A stretch of DNA of 64,000 nucleotides from an uncultured Sphingomonadaceae bacterium (GCA_964645635.1 CAZYAL010000005.1:597-64596); one strand, 5' to 3'. Positions 38,277-50,890 are shown, numbered from the stretch's first letter. Translations and numbers: made by a program. Notes: generated by a model not told the origin, from the sequence alone.

Positions 38277-38915
38277 TTATTTTTCGAAAGCGACCGAGAT
38301 TTCCAGCGGCACCTGGTCCGGAATACCGAAGGGAATACCGAAGTTCACATTGTACTGCGATCGGGTGATGGTGGTGGTGCCATGGAAGCCGAGGGTGGCC
38401 TTTTGGCTCATCGGGTTTTTACCAAGGCCGGAGAGTTCGGCCTGGATCGTCACCGGATGGGTCTCGCCGTTGATCGTCAGATTGCCCATGATTTCGGCCG
38501 TCGTGTCACCTGTCGAATGGACCATGGTGGAGACGAAACGGGCCGGTTCCGGATCCGGGCCGAAGAAGTCAGATGCTGCGCCTTCGTTGCCGGCGCGGAA
38601 GAAGTGAGCCTTCAGCCCTTCGCTTGGCACGACGACCGAGGAAAGCGGGATCGTCATGTCGACCGAGGATTTGGTGATATCGGCAACATCAAGTTCCAGC
38701 GTGCCGGCAACATCGCCGAAAATACCGAAGTAATCATTGAAGCCGAGGTGGCTGACGCTCCAGCTGACCATCGAGTGGCTGGCGTCTGCTGTGTAGGTGC
38801 CGGATTCAACCGAGCTGGTATCAAGGGCAGGCGCGCCGCCCTGGGCATTGAGTGCGCCGAAGGTGAGGGCGGTGATGCCTGCTGCACCGGCAAGGGTGAG
38901 GATAGTTTTACGCAT
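38277..38915 (-). CDS. YceI family periplasmic protein
   Basis: ATG 38915 lies behind GGGAGA. Signal peptide MRKTILTLAGAAGITALTFGALNAQ. YceI-like body (HS.V.W.VSHLGF..., GNLTINGETHPVT). Confidence 0.85.
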   Translation of the reverse strand: MRKTILTLAGAAGITALTFGALNAQGGAPALDTSSVESGTYTADASHSMVSWSVSHLGFNDYFGIFGDVAGTLELDVADITKSSVDMTIPLSSVVVPSEGLKAHFFRAGNEGAASDFFGPDPEPARFVSTMVHSTGDTTAEIMGNLTINGETHPVTIQAELSGLGKNPMSQKATLGFHGTTTITRSQYNVNFGIPFGIPDQVPLEISVAFEK

Positions 38916-39044
38916 TGAGGGGTCTCCCAGTGGAATGGTTCCGCCACGCAATGTGGCGAGCGAAGATGCTAATGTCTAGCATTCGCGCGGACTGATACGA
39001 ACGGTTACATTTTTCGCCAGGTACGGCGAATTATACGGGGGCTT

Positions 39045-39398
39045 TCAGGGTCTTCTTAGTACCTTTTCCATCGCCTTGCCCTTGGCCAGTTCGTCCAACA
39101 GCTTGTCGAGATAGCGGATTTCAAGCATCAGCGGCTCTGCCACTTCTTCGACCCTTACTCCGCATATTAAGCCTTTGATAAGCATACGGCTGGCATTCAT
39201 GGCTGGTGCTTTGGCGAAGAAGGTCTCAAAATCGGTCCCGTCAGCGATTATCTTTGCCAGGGCGGCCTTGTCATATCCTGTTAGCCAATGGATCACATGG
39301 TCCAGTTCGGCTCTGGTGCGTCCCTTCCGCTCCACCTTGTTCACATAGTGCGGGTAGATGCTGCCAAAGCTCATTCCATAGATGCGGTGTCCAGCCAT
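39045..39398 (-). CDS. DUF2200 domain protein
   Basis: From ATG 39398: [28 protein letters not shown]...[21 protein letters not shown] matches my recollection of DUF2200. Confidence 0.65.
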   Translation of the reverse strand: MAGHRIYGMSFGSIYPHYVNKVERKGRTRAELDHVIHWLTGYDKAALAKIIADGTDFETFFAKAPAMNASRMLIKGLICGVRVEEVAEPLMLEIRYLDKLLDELAKGKAMEKVLRRP

Positions 39399-39440
39399 CT
39401 TATTGTTCCTCGGTTTGGAAAGGTAGTTCGCTTCCGGGCA

Positions 39441-39474
39441 CAAAAAAAGGGGGAGCGGTTTGCGCCGCTCCCCC
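39441..39474 (-). terminator. rho-independent terminator of ilvC
   Basis: GGGGGAGCGG (39449-39458) pairs with CCGCTCCCCC (39465-39474). Seven T follow on the minus strand (A-run 39442-39448). Confidence 0.75.
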
Positions 39475-39501
39475 TGATTTTCACATCGACTGTGTAGCCG
39501 A

Positions 39502-40671
<1,170 letters not shown>

Positions 40672-40675
40672 TTAC

Positions 40676-41194
40676 TCAGGCAGCTTCCGCTCCCCGCATC
40701 ATGCCAACAATGCCGGTGCGGCCCACTTCGACCAGCCCTAGTTCGCGCATCAGCGTGATAAAGGTGTCGATCTTTTCTGGTGGTCCGGTGATCTCGAACA
40801 CGAAGCTGCCTGTCGTGGTATCAACAGGGCGAGCACGGAAGATATCGGCAAGACGAAGTGCTTCCACGCGCTTTTCCCCGGTGCCAGCAACCTTTACCAA
40901 CGCAAGTTCTCGTTCCACATGCGGGCCTGCCTGCGTGAGGTCTACCACCTTGTGAACGGGCACAAGTCGGTCAAGCTGTGCCTCGATCTGGTCGATAACT
41001 TCGGGCGGGCCATTGGTAACAATGGTTATGCGGCTGATCGAATGATTTTCGGCAATGTCAGCCACGGTCAGGCTGTCGATATTGTAGCCCCGTGCGGTAA
41101 ACAGGCCGGTAATCTTGGCGAGGATACCCGGCTCATTGTCAACGGTGATCGCCAGCACGTGGCGTTCGGATTCTCTATGCTGGATTTTCATCAC
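40676..41194 (-). CDS. ilvN: acetolactate synthase small (regulatory) subunit
   Basis: 172 aa with ACT domain ([31 protein letters not shown]). Overlaps the ilvB stop. Confidence 0.93.
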   Translation of the reverse strand: MMKIQHRESERHVLAITVDNEPGILAKITGLFTARGYNIDSLTVADIAENHSISRITIVTNGPPEVIDQIEAQLDRLVPVHKVVDLTQAGPHVERELALVKVAGTGEKRVEALRLADIFRARPVDTTTGSFVFEITGPPEKIDTFITLMRELGLVEVGRTGIVGMMRGAEAA

Positions 41195-42933
41195 ACCAGT
41201 GCCTTTGCTTCATCTTCCATAGTGCCGGCGTGCTGGTCGCCGTAGAGCAGCATTTCGGTATGCGCCGCGCCCGAGGGGATCATCGGGAAGCAGTTGGCTT
41301 CCTTCGCTACCTGACAATCGACGATCACCGGCCCATCATGCTCGATCATGGCCATGATGCCTGCGTCGAGCTCAGCCTCGTCAGTAATACGGATACCCTT
41401 CCAGCCATAAGCTTCGGCCAGCTTCACGAAATCGGGCAGGCTATCGGAATAGCTGTTCGAATAACGGCTTTCATAGGTCAGTTCCTGCCACTGGCGGACC
41501 ATGCCCATATATTCATTGTTGAGGATAAACACCTTCACCGGCAGGCGGAATTGGCTGGCAGTGCCCAGTTCCTGGATGTTCATCTGGATCGATGCTTCAC
41601 CTGCAACGTCGATCACCAGTGAATCCGGGTTGCCCAGCTGCGCGCCGATGGCGGCGGGCAGGCCATAACCCATTGTGCCCAGGCCGCCGGAGGTGAGCCA
41701 CTTGTTGGGGCCGGTAAAGCCGAAGTACTGCGCCGCCCACATCTGGTGCTGGCCCACTTCGGTGCTGATGATCGGGTCCTTGTCGCGGGTGAGCGCAAAT
41801 AGTCGCTCGATCGCTAGCTGGGGCATGATGCTGTCTTCCCGCGCGGGGTAGGCAAGGCTGTCGCGTGCATTCCAACCTTCGATGCGGGCCTTCCATTCGC
41901 CAAGGTCCGCCTTCTCGCGCTTACCCCATGCCTCGATCAGCTGTTCCAGCACGGTGGCGCAATCGCCGATGATGCCGAGGTCCACCGGCACCACCTTGTT
42001 GATGCTGGCGCGGTCAATATCGATGTGGATCTTCTTCGAATCCGGGCTGAATGCGTCAAGGCGGCCGGTCACGCGGTCATCGAAGCGCGCACCGATGTTC
42101 ACCATCACGTCGCACTTGTTCATCGCCATGTTGGCTTCGAGCGTGCCGTGCATGCCCAGCATGCCCAGCCAGTCCGGATGATCGGACGGGAAAGCGCCAA
42201 GCCCCATAAGGGTGGAGGTGACAGGCGCGCCGGTCAGTTCCTGCAACTTGCGCAGCAATTCGGACGCACGCGGGCCGGAATTGATTACGCCGCCGCCGGT
42301 GTAAAAGATCGGCGCCCTGGCGTTGGCGATCATGTCGATAGCTTCGCCGATCTCGTCTGCAGCGGCGACCATGCGCGGCATATAGCGCACGGGGCGCTTG
42401 GCCGGGCCGTCATGCAAGGCTGCGGTGGCGACCTGCACGTTCTTGGGAATGTCGATCACCACAGGGCCGGGGCGTCCTGTGGTGGCAATTTCGAACGCTT
42501 CCTCGATCGTCGCGGCAAGGTCGTTCGGGTCCTTCACCAGGTAATTGTGCTTGGTGCAGTGGCGTGTGAGGCCAATTGTGTCGGCTTCCTGGAAGGCATC
42601 GGTGCCGATCAGGTTTGTTGCCACCTGGCCGGTGATTACCACCAGCGGGATGGAATCGAGGAAGGCATCGGCAATGCCGGTGATGGCATTGGTCGCGCCG
42701 GGGCCGGAGGTGACGAGCACCACACCCGGCTTGCCAGTAGATCGGGCATAGCCTTCCGCAGCATGGGCAGCGCCAGCTTCATGGCGCACCAGGATGTGGC
42801 GGATGCGGTCATCCGAAAACAGTTCGTCATAGATTGGCAGCACTGCACCGCCGGGATAGCCGAACACAAATTCGACACCCTGGCGCACCAGTGTTTCGCA
42901 CAAGATGGCAGCGCCGCTGCATTCCTTGGTCAC
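41191..42933 (-). CDS. ilvB: acetolactate synthase large subunit
   Basis: TPP enzyme blocks ([27 protein letters not shown]). GTG 42933 behind GGGGAG preferred over TTG 43020 of the track. Confidence 0.95.
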   Translation of the reverse strand: MTKECSGAAILCETLVRQGVEFVFGYPGGAVLPIYDELFSDDRIRHILVRHEAGAAHAAEGYARSTGKPGVVLVTSGPGATNAITGIADAFLDSIPLVVITGQVATNLIGTDAFQEADTIGLTRHCTKHNYLVKDPNDLAATIEEAFEIATTGRPGPVVIDIPKNVQVATAALHDGPAKRPVRYMPRMVAAADEIGEAIDMIANARAPIFYTGGGVINSGPRASELLRKLQELTGAPVTSTLMGLGAFPSDHPDWLGMLGMHGTLEANMAMNKCDVMVNIGARFDDRVTGRLDAFSPDSKKIHIDIDRASINKVVPVDLGIIGDCATVLEQLIEAWGKREKADLGEWKARIEGWNARDSLAYPAREDSIMPQLAIERLFALTRDKDPIISTEVGQHQMWAAQYFGFTGPNKWLTSGGLGTMGYGLPAAIGAQLGNPDSLVIDVAGEASIQMNIQELGTASQFRLPVKVFILNNEYMGMVRQWQELTYESRYSNSYSDSLPDFVKLAEAYGWKGIRITDEAELDAGIMAMIEHDGPVIVDCQVAKEANCFPMIPSGAAHTEMLLYGDQHAGTMEDEAKALV

Positions 42934-42969
42934 TTCAACGTCTCCCCGGATTGTCCGGTCTGGTTGCTT

Positions 42970-43008
42970 GGAAAATAGCAGGCCCGGCACGATTGCTCGT
43001 GCCGGGCC
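42970..43008 (-). terminator. 12-bp hairpin plus U-rich tail between miaA and ilvB (miaA terminator or ilvBN attenuator)
   Basis: Minus strand reads GGCCCGGCACGA-gcaa-TCGTGCCGGGCC then TGCTATTTTCC. Confidence 0.55.
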
Positions 43009-43039
43009 GTTATTCTCCAAATTCGAAAACTATGGAGCC

Positions 43040-43068
43040 TAGCTATGCGACAGGAAATGTCCTGTCAA
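43040..43068 (-). promoter_or_regulatory. sigma70-like promoter overlapping a perfect 7-bp palindrome, upstream of the ilvB leader
   Basis: Minus strand has TTGACA (43063-43068), 17-nt spacer, TAGCTA (43040-43045). GACAGGA-N4-TCCTGTC at 43049-43066. Confidence 0.3.
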
Positions 43069-43074
43069 CCCCTG

Positions 43075-44031
43075 TTATCGAAATAATATTTCAAATTGCG
43101 ATCTGATCGAGACATTTTCTGGTGTGCTGCGAGGCCATTCTTGCGGAAACTGGTTGCGAAGCCACGTAAATTGTCGTTTCGCGTAATTTCGTGTTGCCTG
43201 GCTCCCCTTTTCGAACGAATCCTCGCGGGTCATCGCACCGCGAAGCAATGCTGCGACTTCGGGAACGCCAATAGCGCGCATCACCGGCAAGTCAGGGTTA
43301 AGTTTGCGGTTGAGCAGAGCCTGCACCTCTTCAAGTGCGCCATTGTCCAGCATCCACTCGAAACGCTTGTCGCAGCGGGCGTAGACGGCCTCGCGATCGG
43401 GCACGAGGACAAGCGGGGCGAGGGTAATTGCATCACCTATTCCGCCGCTCTTGCGCTGTTGCCAATAGGCAAGCGGCTTGCCGGTGGAACGCACGACTTC
43501 GAGAGCGCGGGCGATCCTTTGTGAATCTGCCGGTGCGAGCACGGCGGCGCGGTCCGGGTCTTCTTGCAGCAATGCCGCATAGGCCCTGGCAGTATCGAGC
43601 GCGCGAACCTCCTCGCGAACCGCTTCGTCAATCATCGGGATGGGGGAGATGCCGCCTAGCAATGTGCCGATATAGAGGCCGGTCCCACCAACCAGGATCG
43701 GAACGGTGCCTTCCGCATGGCATCGCTCAATCCGTTCTTTTGCAACTGTTGCCCAGTCTGCTGCCGAGCATGGTTGCGCACCGTCCCATTCGCCGAACAA
43801 TTCGTGGGGTACGCCTGCCATCTCTTCTTCGGAAGGGCGAGCGCTGAGGATATTCAAGTCAGCATAGACCTGCGCGCTGTCCGCATTGATCACCACCGCC
43901 TTTCGGCCACTATCGCGTAGCGTGATTGCCAGCTTCACGGCGAGATCGCTCTTGCCGCTGGCGGTTGGCCCTGCGATGAGCGCCACCGAGTTTTTTGGCG
44001 GATTCGCCACTGGAGAAATACCCTTGCTCAT
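43075..44031 (-). CDS. miaA: tRNA dimethylallyltransferase
   Basis: From ATG 44031: ...VALIAGPTASGKSDLAV... P-loop, VINADSAQVY, VGGTGLY. The upstream 166 codons of the track ORF are antisense to serB. Confidence 0.9.
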   Translation of the reverse strand: MSKGISPVANPPKNSVALIAGPTASGKSDLAVKLAITLRDSGRKAVVINADSAQVYADLNILSARPSEEEMAGVPHELFGEWDGAQPCSAADWATVAKERIERCHAEGTVPILVGGTGLYIGTLLGGISPIPMIDEAVREEVRALDTARAYAALLQEDPDRAAVLAPADSQRIARALEVVRSTGKPLAYWQQRKSGGIGDAITLAPLVLVPDREAVYARCDKRFEWMLDNGALEEVQALLNRKLNPDLPVMRAIGVPEVAALLRGAMTREDSFEKGSQATRNYAKRQFTWLRNQFPQEWPRSTPENVSIRSQFEILFR

Positions 44032-44908
44032 TGCCCGCCTGATAGCAGACCCGCACTCACTGGAAACACGTCTTGATGCGGCGAAAGCGTCGATGAAGGC
44101 TGGCGGCCTGGAGCTGGCCAATGCCTTCATGCTCGATTCCTGCAGCGAGGTGTTGCAGTTGGAACTGCCGGGCGATGACATGGCTGCACTGCGCAGCGCA
44201 ATCGACGAGCACTTCGCTCCGTCTGACGCAATCATCGCGCGCGATGCCATCGCGGTTCCCAACCTGTTCGTTTCGGACATGGATTCGACCATGATCGGGC
44301 AGGAATGCATCGATGAATTGGCTGACTTCGCAGGCATCAAATCGCAGATCGCCGAAATTACAGAGCGCGCCATGCAGGGTGAACTCGATTTCAACCAGGC
44401 GCTTACAGAGCGGGTGGGTCTTCTTGCTGGGCTTGATGAAAGCGCGATTCGCCAGTGTCTCGATGAACGCATCCGGCCCAACCCTGGTGCACGCGCACTG
44501 GTTGAAACACTTAAGTCACGCGGTTGCCGCACAGTGCTTGTAACCGGCGGTTTCCATCATTTTGCTGATGATGTGGCGCAGCAGATTGGCTTTGAACGCG
44601 TTGTCGGTAACCGTCTTGAAGTAGCTGGCGGCAAGATGACCGGCGGGCTCGTCGGTGCAATCTGTAACAGCGCAACCAAGGAAAGCGTCCTGCGCGAGGA
44701 AATGGCCTCGCTCGGCGCCAATGCGCGCAGCATGGCCGCTGGCGATGGCGCGAATGATATCCCGATGCTTGAAGCCTCGACTTATGGCATTGCCTATTAC
44801 GCCAAGCCCAAGGCGCGTCTTGCCGCCAATGGCTGGGTCGATCGCGGTGACCTGACGGCGCTGCTCAAGCTGTTGGAAATCCCCCGGAACGAATGGGTTG
44901 CGGGGTAA
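44024..44908 (+). CDS. serB: phosphoserine phosphatase (start tentative, TTG 44024)
   Basis: HAD motifs FVSDMDSTMI, LVTGGF and AAGDGANDIPML. N-terminus (M)LIARLIA resembles alphaproteobacterial SerB starts. Confidence 0.8.
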   Translation: MLIARLIADPHSLETRLDAAKASMKAGGLELANAFMLDSCSEVLQLELPGDDMAALRSAIDEHFAPSDAIIARDAIAVPNLFVSDMDSTMIGQECIDELADFAGIKSQIAEITERAMQGELDFNQALTERVGLLAGLDESAIRQCLDERIRPNPGARALVETLKSRGCRTVLVTGGFHHFADDVAQQIGFERVVGNRLEVAGGKMTGGLVGAICNSATKESVLREEMASLGANARSMAAGDGANDIPMLEASTYGIAYYAKPKARLAANGWVDRGDLTALLKLLEIPRNEWVAG

Positions 44909-44928
44909 GGGGGCGTTCTCTTTAGTCA

Positions 44929-44949
44929 TCCCCGGAACAAGTCCGGGGA
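44929..44949. terminator. 8-bp hairpin between convergent serB and purL
   Basis: TCCCCGGA-acaag-TCCGGGGA. Weak T-tracts. Confidence 0.35.
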
Positions 44950-44972
44950 GACATTTGAGCACAGAACCAGGC

Positions 44973-47207
44973 TTAAGCTTCCATCCAGTCCTTGAAGAAG
45001 GACTGGTGGGCTTGGCGCATTTCCGAAACAGTCTTGCCGAACAGGCTATCGCCTTTCACCGTGCCGAGACGGCGGAAGCCGACGCCGGCGGTGTCTTCAT
45101 CGCGCGTGCCCTTGGCCATCTGCGCGTTGAACGCTTCAACATCGGGAACGGTGATGATGTAACGGCCCTGGTCTTCACCAAACCACCACTGCGCGGCGGT
45201 ATAGGCTTCATTCGCCGAAACCTCTGCGCCAAGACCGCTGGCCATAGCCATCTCTGCCAGTGCTACGGCAATGCCGCCGTCCGATACGTCATGCACCGCG
45301 CTGACGAGCCCGGTCTCGATCAGTTCGCGGATCGTCTCACCGGCATATTTCTCCAGCGTCAGGTCGACCGGCGGGGCTCGACCTTCATCGCGGCCATGGA
45401 TTTCCTTCAGCCACAGCGATTTGCCGAGGTGCGAGCGCTGCGGATCAGGAGTTGCCCAGCCTTCGGCACCGACGAGGTAGATGATATCCCCTTCTGCCTT
45501 GAACGGCATGGTCATCATCTTTTCGTAATCGTCGATCAGGCCAACGCCGCCGATTGCCGGGGTAGGCAGGATGGCAGAACCGCCGCCAGTCGCCTTGCTC
45601 TCATTATAAAGGCTGACATTTCCCGAAACGATCGGGAAATCGAGCACGCGGCAGGCATTGCCCATGCCATCGAGCGCATGGACGAACTGCGCCATGATCT
45701 CGGGGCGCTGCGGGTTCGCGAAGTTAAGGCAATTGGTCACTGCCAGCGGGCGAGCGCCAACAGCGCAAAGATTACGATAGGCTTCCGCGATGGCCTGCTT
45801 GCCGCCTTCATAGGGGTTGGCGTGGACATAGCGCGGCGTGCAATCGGTGCTGATCGCGAGCGCCTTCTTCGTACCGTGCACGCGCACCACGCCAGCGTCG
45901 CCGCCGGTCTGCAGTGTGTCAGCACCCACCTGGCTGTCATACTGTTCGGAAATCCACTTGCGCGATGACAGGTTGGGGGATGCGAGCAGCTTGATCAGGT
46001 CACCGCCAACGTCAGTCGTATCCGGGCGATCAGCCATCGGCTTAATGCCTGCCCATGCGATGTAATCATCCATAGACAGGTAAGGCCGGTCATATTCGGG
46101 AGCGTCGGCAGCCAGCGGGCCGAGCGGGATATCGCACACCACTTCGCCGTTGAATTCGAGGACCATGTGGCGCGTGTCAGTCACTTCGCCGATCACGGCA
46201 AAGTCCAGTTCCCACTTTCGGAAGATCGCGGCGGCCATCTCTTCCTTGCCGGGCTTGAGCACCATGAGCATGCGCTCCTGGCTTTCGCTCAGCATCATTT
46301 CGTAAGGTGTCATGCCTTCTTCGCGGCACGGCACCATGTTCATGTCGAGCCGGATGCCAGCCTTGCCATTGGTAGCCATTTCAACGCTGGAGGAGGTGAG
46401 GCCAGCTGCGCCCATGTCCTGGATCGCGACAATGGCGTCAGTTGCCATCAGCTCAAGGCATGCCTCGATCAGCAGCTTTTCGGTGAAGGGATCACCCACC
46501 TGCACAGTGGGGCGCTTTTCCTCTGCATCCTCGCCGAAGTCAGCCGAAGCCATGGTGGCGCCGTGGATGCCATCGCGGCCGGTCTTCGACCCGACATAAA
46601 CGATCGGGTTACCCACGCCGGTTGCGGCGGAATAGAAGATCTTGTCCGTGTCAGCGACGCCGACCGTCATTGCGTTGACGAGGATATTGCCGTCATAGGC
46701 CGGGTTGAAATTGGTCTCGCCGCAGACGGTGGGAACGCCCACGCAATTGCCATAGCCGCCGATGCCCGCGACTACGCCTTGCACGAGGTGCTTCATCTTC
46801 GGATGGTCTGGACGGCCGAAGCGAAGCGCATTGGCATTGGCCACCGGACGCGCCCCCATGGTGAACACGTCGCGCAGGATGCCGCCAACGCCCGTCGCTG
46901 CGCCTTGATAAGGCTCGATGTAACTGGGGTGGTTGTGGCTCTCCATCTTGAAGATGCAGGCTTGCCCGTCGCCAATATCGATCACGCCGGCGTTCTCGCC
47001 CGGGCCACAGATCACCCAGGGCGCTTCAGTCGGCAGTTTCTTCAGGTGCAGGCGCGAGGACTTGTAGGAGCAATGCTCCGACCACATGACCGAGAAGATG
47101 CCCAGTTCGACAAGGTTGGGCTCGCGACCCAGTGCATGGAGCACGCGGTCATATTCTTCGGGGCTGAGGCCGTGTGCCTCGACGACTTCGGGAGTGATAT
47201 CGGACAT
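44973..47207 (-). CDS. purL: phosphoribosylformylglycinamidine synthase subunit PurL
   Basis: From ATG 47207: [19 protein letters not shown]...[18 protein letters not shown]. 744 aa. The upstream part of the 881-aa track ORF is antisense to xseB. Confidence 0.95.
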   Translation of the reverse strand: MSDITPEVVEAHGLSPEEYDRVLHALGREPNLVELGIFSVMWSEHCSYKSSRLHLKKLPTEAPWVICGPGENAGVIDIGDGQACIFKMESHNHPSYIEPYQGAATGVGGILRDVFTMGARPVANANALRFGRPDHPKMKHLVQGVVAGIGGYGNCVGVPTVCGETNFNPAYDGNILVNAMTVGVADTDKIFYSAATGVGNPIVYVGSKTGRDGIHGATMASADFGEDAEEKRPTVQVGDPFTEKLLIEACLELMATDAIVAIQDMGAAGLTSSSVEMATNGKAGIRLDMNMVPCREEGMTPYEMMLSESQERMLMVLKPGKEEMAAAIFRKWELDFAVIGEVTDTRHMVLEFNGEVVCDIPLGPLAADAPEYDRPYLSMDDYIAWAGIKPMADRPDTTDVGGDLIKLLASPNLSSRKWISEQYDSQVGADTLQTGGDAGVVRVHGTKKALAISTDCTPRYVHANPYEGGKQAIAEAYRNLCAVGARPLAVTNCLNFANPQRPEIMAQFVHALDGMGNACRVLDFPIVSGNVSLYNESKATGGGSAILPTPAIGGVGLIDDYEKMMTMPFKAEGDIIYLVGAEGWATPDPQRSHLGKSLWLKEIHGRDEGRAPPVDLTLEKYAGETIRELIETGLVSAVHDVSDGGIAVALAEMAMASGLGAEVSANEAYTAAQWWFGEDQGRYIITVPDVEAFNAQMAKGTRDEDTAGVGFRRLGTVKGDSLFGKTVSEMRQAHQSFFKDWMEA

Positions 47208-47292
47208 GCCAAAGGCCCTTAGCGAGCAAGTTGAGGAGTCGCTAGCCCCGCCGTGCTTGACCGCGCGCGCTGTCCCCGTCAAACCGTGGCTT

Positions 47293-47541
47293 ATGGACCA
47301 AGAGGCCCCCAATCTGGACGAGATGTCCTTCGAACAAGCGCTGAAAGCGCTCGAACAAGTCGTGCAACAGCTCGAAAGCGGTGAAGTGCCGCTCGACGAA
47401 TCAATTGCACTATATGAACGTGGCGAGAAGCTGCGCAGCCATTGCCAGGCAAGGCTGGATGCGGCGCAGGCACGGATCGAGAAGATCGTGGCTGGCCCCG
47501 ATGGCAAGCCTGCCTCCACCGTTACGTTTGACGCGGAGTAG
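47293..47541 (+). CDS. xseB: exodeoxyribonuclease VII small subunit
   Basis: 82 aa. [33 protein letters not shown] is the XseB signature. Confidence 0.88.
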   Translation: MDQEAPNLDEMSFEQALKALEQVVQQLESGEVPLDESIALYERGEKLRSHCQARLDAAQARIEKIVAGPDGKPASTVTFDAE

Positions 47542-47550
47542 GGCAACCAT

Positions 47551-48456
47551 ATGGGGCTGACCTTGGCTGATGACCTGCTGGGCCGCGGCTTGCAGCGTAT
47601 CCAGCGCGATATCGACAACGCGTTTGATGCTATCCTGACGGTGCCGGACGACGCCCGCGCGCGGCTGGTGGAAGCGATGCGCTATGCAGCCATTGGCGGC
47701 GGTAAGCGCGTACGCCCGCTGCTGCTGGCAACCGTGGCGGAAATGTATGGCGGATCGCGTCATGCTGCGGTGCGGGCAGGCTGCGCGATCGAGGCAATCC
47801 ACGTCTATTCACTGATCCACGACGATCTGCCGTGCATGGACGATGACGATATGCGCCACGGCAAGCCGACAGTACACAAGGTGTTTGACGAGGCGATTGC
47901 CGTCCTCGCGGGCGATTCGTTGCACGCGCTGGCGTTCGATCTGCTGTCCGGCTCAGAGGTCAGCCCTGATCCCTTCATCCGGGCCGAACTCGTCTCGGCG
48001 CTCGCCATCGCCAGTGGTCACAAGGGCATGGCTGGCGGGCAAGTGATGGACATGGTGGCGGATGAGGAGGACTTTGATCTCCACGCCGTCACCCGCCTGC
48101 AGCAGCTGAAAACCGGCGCATTGCTAGGTGCAGCTGTGGAAATGGGGGCGATCCTTGGCAAGGTGCCTGAGGAGGCGCGCGGCCATTTGCGCAATTATGC
48201 CCGCGACATCGGCCTTGCGTTCCAGATTGCTGACGATTTGCTCGACGAGGAAGGCGACGAAGAAAAGGCCGGCAAGGCGCTGCGCAAGGACGCAGAGCAG
48301 GGCAAGGCCACATTCGTCAGCCTGATGGGCGCAGACAAGGCCCGCGAACAGGCGAAAGCGCTATCCGAACAAGCGATCGGCCATCTCGCCCAGCATGGCA
48401 AGGAAGCAGACTTGCTGCGCACGCTCGCTCGCTTCATCGTTGAGCGGGACCGGTAA
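47551..48456 (+). CDS. ispA: polyprenyl (farnesyl/geranylgeranyl) diphosphate synthase
   Basis: First and second Asp-rich motifs [17 protein letters not shown] and FQIADDLLD. xseB-ispA synteny. Confidence 0.88.
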   Translation: MGLTLADDLLGRGLQRIQRDIDNAFDAILTVPDDARARLVEAMRYAAIGGGKRVRPLLLATVAEMYGGSRHAAVRAGCAIEAIHVYSLIHDDLPCMDDDDMRHGKPTVHKVFDEAIAVLAGDSLHALAFDLLSGSEVSPDPFIRAELVSALAIASGHKGMAGGQVMDMVADEEDFDLHAVTRLQQLKTGALLGAAVEMGAILGKVPEEARGHLRNYARDIGLAFQIADDLLDEEGDEEKAGKALRKDAEQGKATFVSLMGADKAREQAKALSEQAIGHLAQHGKEADLLRTLARFIVERDR

Positions 48457-48968
48457 TGGTGAAGCGCATCGGCCTTTATCCTGGCACTTTTGACCCGTTC
48501 ACTCTGGGTCATGCCGATATCATGCGTCGCGGGGCCAAGCTGGTGGACCGGCTGATCATCGGGGTTACCACCAATCCATCCAAGAATCCCATGTTCACGC
48601 CGGAGGAGCGGATGGAGATGGTCGCCAGCGAAGTTGCGCGGCTCGGCATCGACAATGTCGAGATCAAGGGTTTCGATGCCTTGCTGATGGACGTCGCCGA
48701 GCGAGAGAACGCTGCGATCATCATTCGTGGCCTACGCGCCGTGGCGGATTTCGAATATGAATACCAGATGGCCGGCATGAACCAGCAATTGAATGCCGGG
48801 ATCGAGACGGTCTTCCTGATGGCGGATATCTCGCTGCAGCCCATTGCCTCCAAGCTCGTGAAGGAAATTGCCTTCTATGGCGGGGATATTTCCCGCTTCG
48901 TCAGCCCGCAGATCTGCGAACGCGTGGTGGAGCGGGTGGAGGAGATCGGTCGCAAGGGCGATGGCTGA
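48456..48968 (+). CDS. coaD: phosphopantetheine adenylyltransferase
   Basis: Blocks YPGTFDPFTLGHADI and RGLRAVADFEYE. Confidence 0.93.
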   Translation: MVKRIGLYPGTFDPFTLGHADIMRRGAKLVDRLIIGVTTNPSKNPMFTPEERMEMVASEVARLGIDNVEIKGFDALLMDVAERENAAIIIRGLRAVADFEYEYQMAGMNQQLNAGIETVFLMADISLQPIASKLVKEIAFYGGDISRFVSPQICERVVERVEEIGRKGDG

Positions 48969-49069
48969 CCGGGCTGTGCCTGTGGGCGCATGACCCATGT
49001 TCATTGAACTGTCAGCGGCAAGCCACTAGGGCAGGTGCCAAGACGTATTCAGGAATTTCGAAGAGACCC

Positions 49070-49765
49070 ATGAAACAGCTTTTCGCCAACTGCCTTTCGC
49101 TTGGCCTTGCCGCTGCTGCAGCCGCAGCCTTTTCCGGCGCTGCCATGGCGCAGGAAACCGATGTTCCGGCTGCTGAGCAGGTGCGGGCCCGCATCCCGAT
49201 TGCTGCCAATTACAACGTGGAAGAGGACCTTGAGAACATCCTCTACCTCGACCTGTCGAACGGCACCCGCGTGGCCATCCGCCTCGTTCCGGAATGGGCA
49301 CCCAGCCATGTCGAGCGGGTGAAGGAATTGACGCGTTCCGGCTTTTACAATGGCGTGATTTTCCATCGCGTGATCGATGGCTTCATGGCGCAAACGGGGG
49401 ACCCTACCGGCACAGGGCAGGGTGGTTCGACGCTTCCAGACCTTGAGGAAGAATTCAACACCTTCCCGCATGTGCGCGGTTCGGTCTCGATGGCCCGCGC
49501 GCAGAGTGAGGACAGCGCAAACTCACAGTTCTTCATCGTCTTCTACCCGCGCTTTGCGCTAGACCGGAACTACACCAATTTCGGCCGCGTGATCGATGGG
49601 ATGGAAGGCGTGGACGCGATCGAGCGTGGCGAGCCGCCGGCGAACCCGACGCGTATCCTGCAGGCCTCGATTGCTTCGGACAACGTGCCGCAGATGATGC
49701 CACAGGCTCCCCGCCAGCAGCAGGTCTTCACCGCTGACATGCTGAGCAATTCGGGCAGCCAGTAA
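49070..49765 (+). CDS. periplasmic cyclophilin-type peptidyl-prolyl isomerase
   Basis: ATG 49070 gives a signal peptide ending in AMAQ. Blocks FHRVIDGFMAQTGDP and SANSQFFI. Confidence 0.85.
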   Translation: MKQLFANCLSLGLAAAAAAAFSGAAMAQETDVPAAEQVRARIPIAANYNVEEDLENILYLDLSNGTRVAIRLVPEWAPSHVERVKELTRSGFYNGVIFHRVIDGFMAQTGDPTGTGQGGSTLPDLEEEFNTFPHVRGSVSMARAQSEDSANSQFFIVFYPRFALDRNYTNFGRVIDGMEGVDAIERGEPPANPTRILQASIASDNVPQMMPQAPRQQQVFTADMLSNSGSQ

Positions 49766-49813
49766 CCTGCTTTTCGCGTTGGCGCGGCTGCATTGAGCGG
49801 ATAAGGCCCGCTC

Positions 49814-50851
49814 ATGCGCGTTGACCTGTTTGATTTTGAGCTTCCCCAAGAACGCATAGCCTTGCGGCCTATGCGCCCGCGCGATTCCGCGCGTATGCTG
49901 CTGGTCAATGGCAGCACTATGCCGTTCGAGGACAAGGGCGTGCGCGATCTGCCATCGCTCTTGCGTGCTGGTGACGTGATGGCGTTCAACGACACCCGCG
50001 TGATCCCTGCCCAGCTGGAAGGCAGACGCGGTGAGGCACGCATCGGCGTGACTTTGCATAAACGGGTGGACCTGCGCCGTTGGCAGGCATTCATCCGTAA
50101 CGCCAAGCGCGTGAAGGAAGGCGACCTGCTGGAATTTGCGGCTGCTGTTTCTGCAATTGCCGAACAACGTCATGAAGACGGCAGTTTCACGCTCTCATTC
50201 AACGGTGATGAACCTGTCGAAGTGCTGCTCGAACGGGCAGGGCGTATGCCGCTGCCACCCTATATCGCCGGCAAGCGCGAAACCGATGCAGAGGATCGAA
50301 AGGACTACCAGACCATCTTCGCGCGCGAAGATGGTGCAGTGGCCGCACCCACGGCTTCGCTGCATTTTACGGATCGCTTGCTGCAGGAAATCGATGAAGC
50401 GGGCGTGATCCGCACCACGCTCACACTGCATGTCGGCGCGGGGACATTCCTGCCAGTTAAGGCGGACGATACCGCCGACCACAAGATGCACGCCGAGTTT
50501 GGGCGGATCGATGCTGAAACCGCGGCGCTTCTCAACGAAGCGCAGGCGCGGGGCGGGCGTGTGATCGCTGCCGGAACTACCGCGCTCCGCTTGCTTGAAA
50601 GCGCAGCGGATGAAGACGGGCGGATCCAGCCTTTCGAAGGCGATACCTCGATCTTCATCACCCCGGGTTACAAGTTCCGCGCGGTGGGCGGGCTGATGAC
50701 CAATTTCCACTTGCCCAAGTCCACTCTGTTCATGCTGGTCAGCGCGCTGATGGGGCTCGACCGGATGCAGGCGGCATATGCCCACGCCATCGCGAATGAA
50801 TACCGCTTCTACAGCTATGGCGATTCCTCGCTGCTCTTGCCGGACAGGTAA
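49814..50851 (+). CDS. queA: S-adenosylmethionine:tRNA ribosyltransferase-isomerase
   Basis: Blocks [34 protein letters not shown] and FRFYSYGDS. Confidence 0.95.
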   Translation: MRVDLFDFELPQERIALRPMRPRDSARMLLVNGSTMPFEDKGVRDLPSLLRAGDVMAFNDTRVIPAQLEGRRGEARIGVTLHKRVDLRRWQAFIRNAKRVKEGDLLEFAAAVSAIAEQRHEDGSFTLSFNGDEPVEVLLERAGRMPLPPYIAGKRETDAEDRKDYQTIFAREDGAVAAPTASLHFTDRLLQEIDEAGVIRTTLTLHVGAGTFLPVKADDTADHKMHAEFGRIDAETAALLNEAQARGGRVIAAGTTALRLLESAADEDGRIQPFEGDTSIFITPGYKFRAVGGLMTNFHLPKSTLFMLVSALMGLDRMQAAYAHAIANEYRFYSYGDSSLLLPDR

Positions 50852-50890
50852 ACAGTTCGCTTGTAAAACCTTTATCGGTGGCCAACAAGC

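Noticed and set aside
44032-44532. N-terminal 166 codons of the 485-aa track ORF that contains miaA; likewise 47208-47618 of the 881-aa ORF containing purL
   Set aside because: The family-typical N-termini begin at internal ATGs (44031, 47207). The extensions are antisense to serB and xseB respectively and look non-coding.
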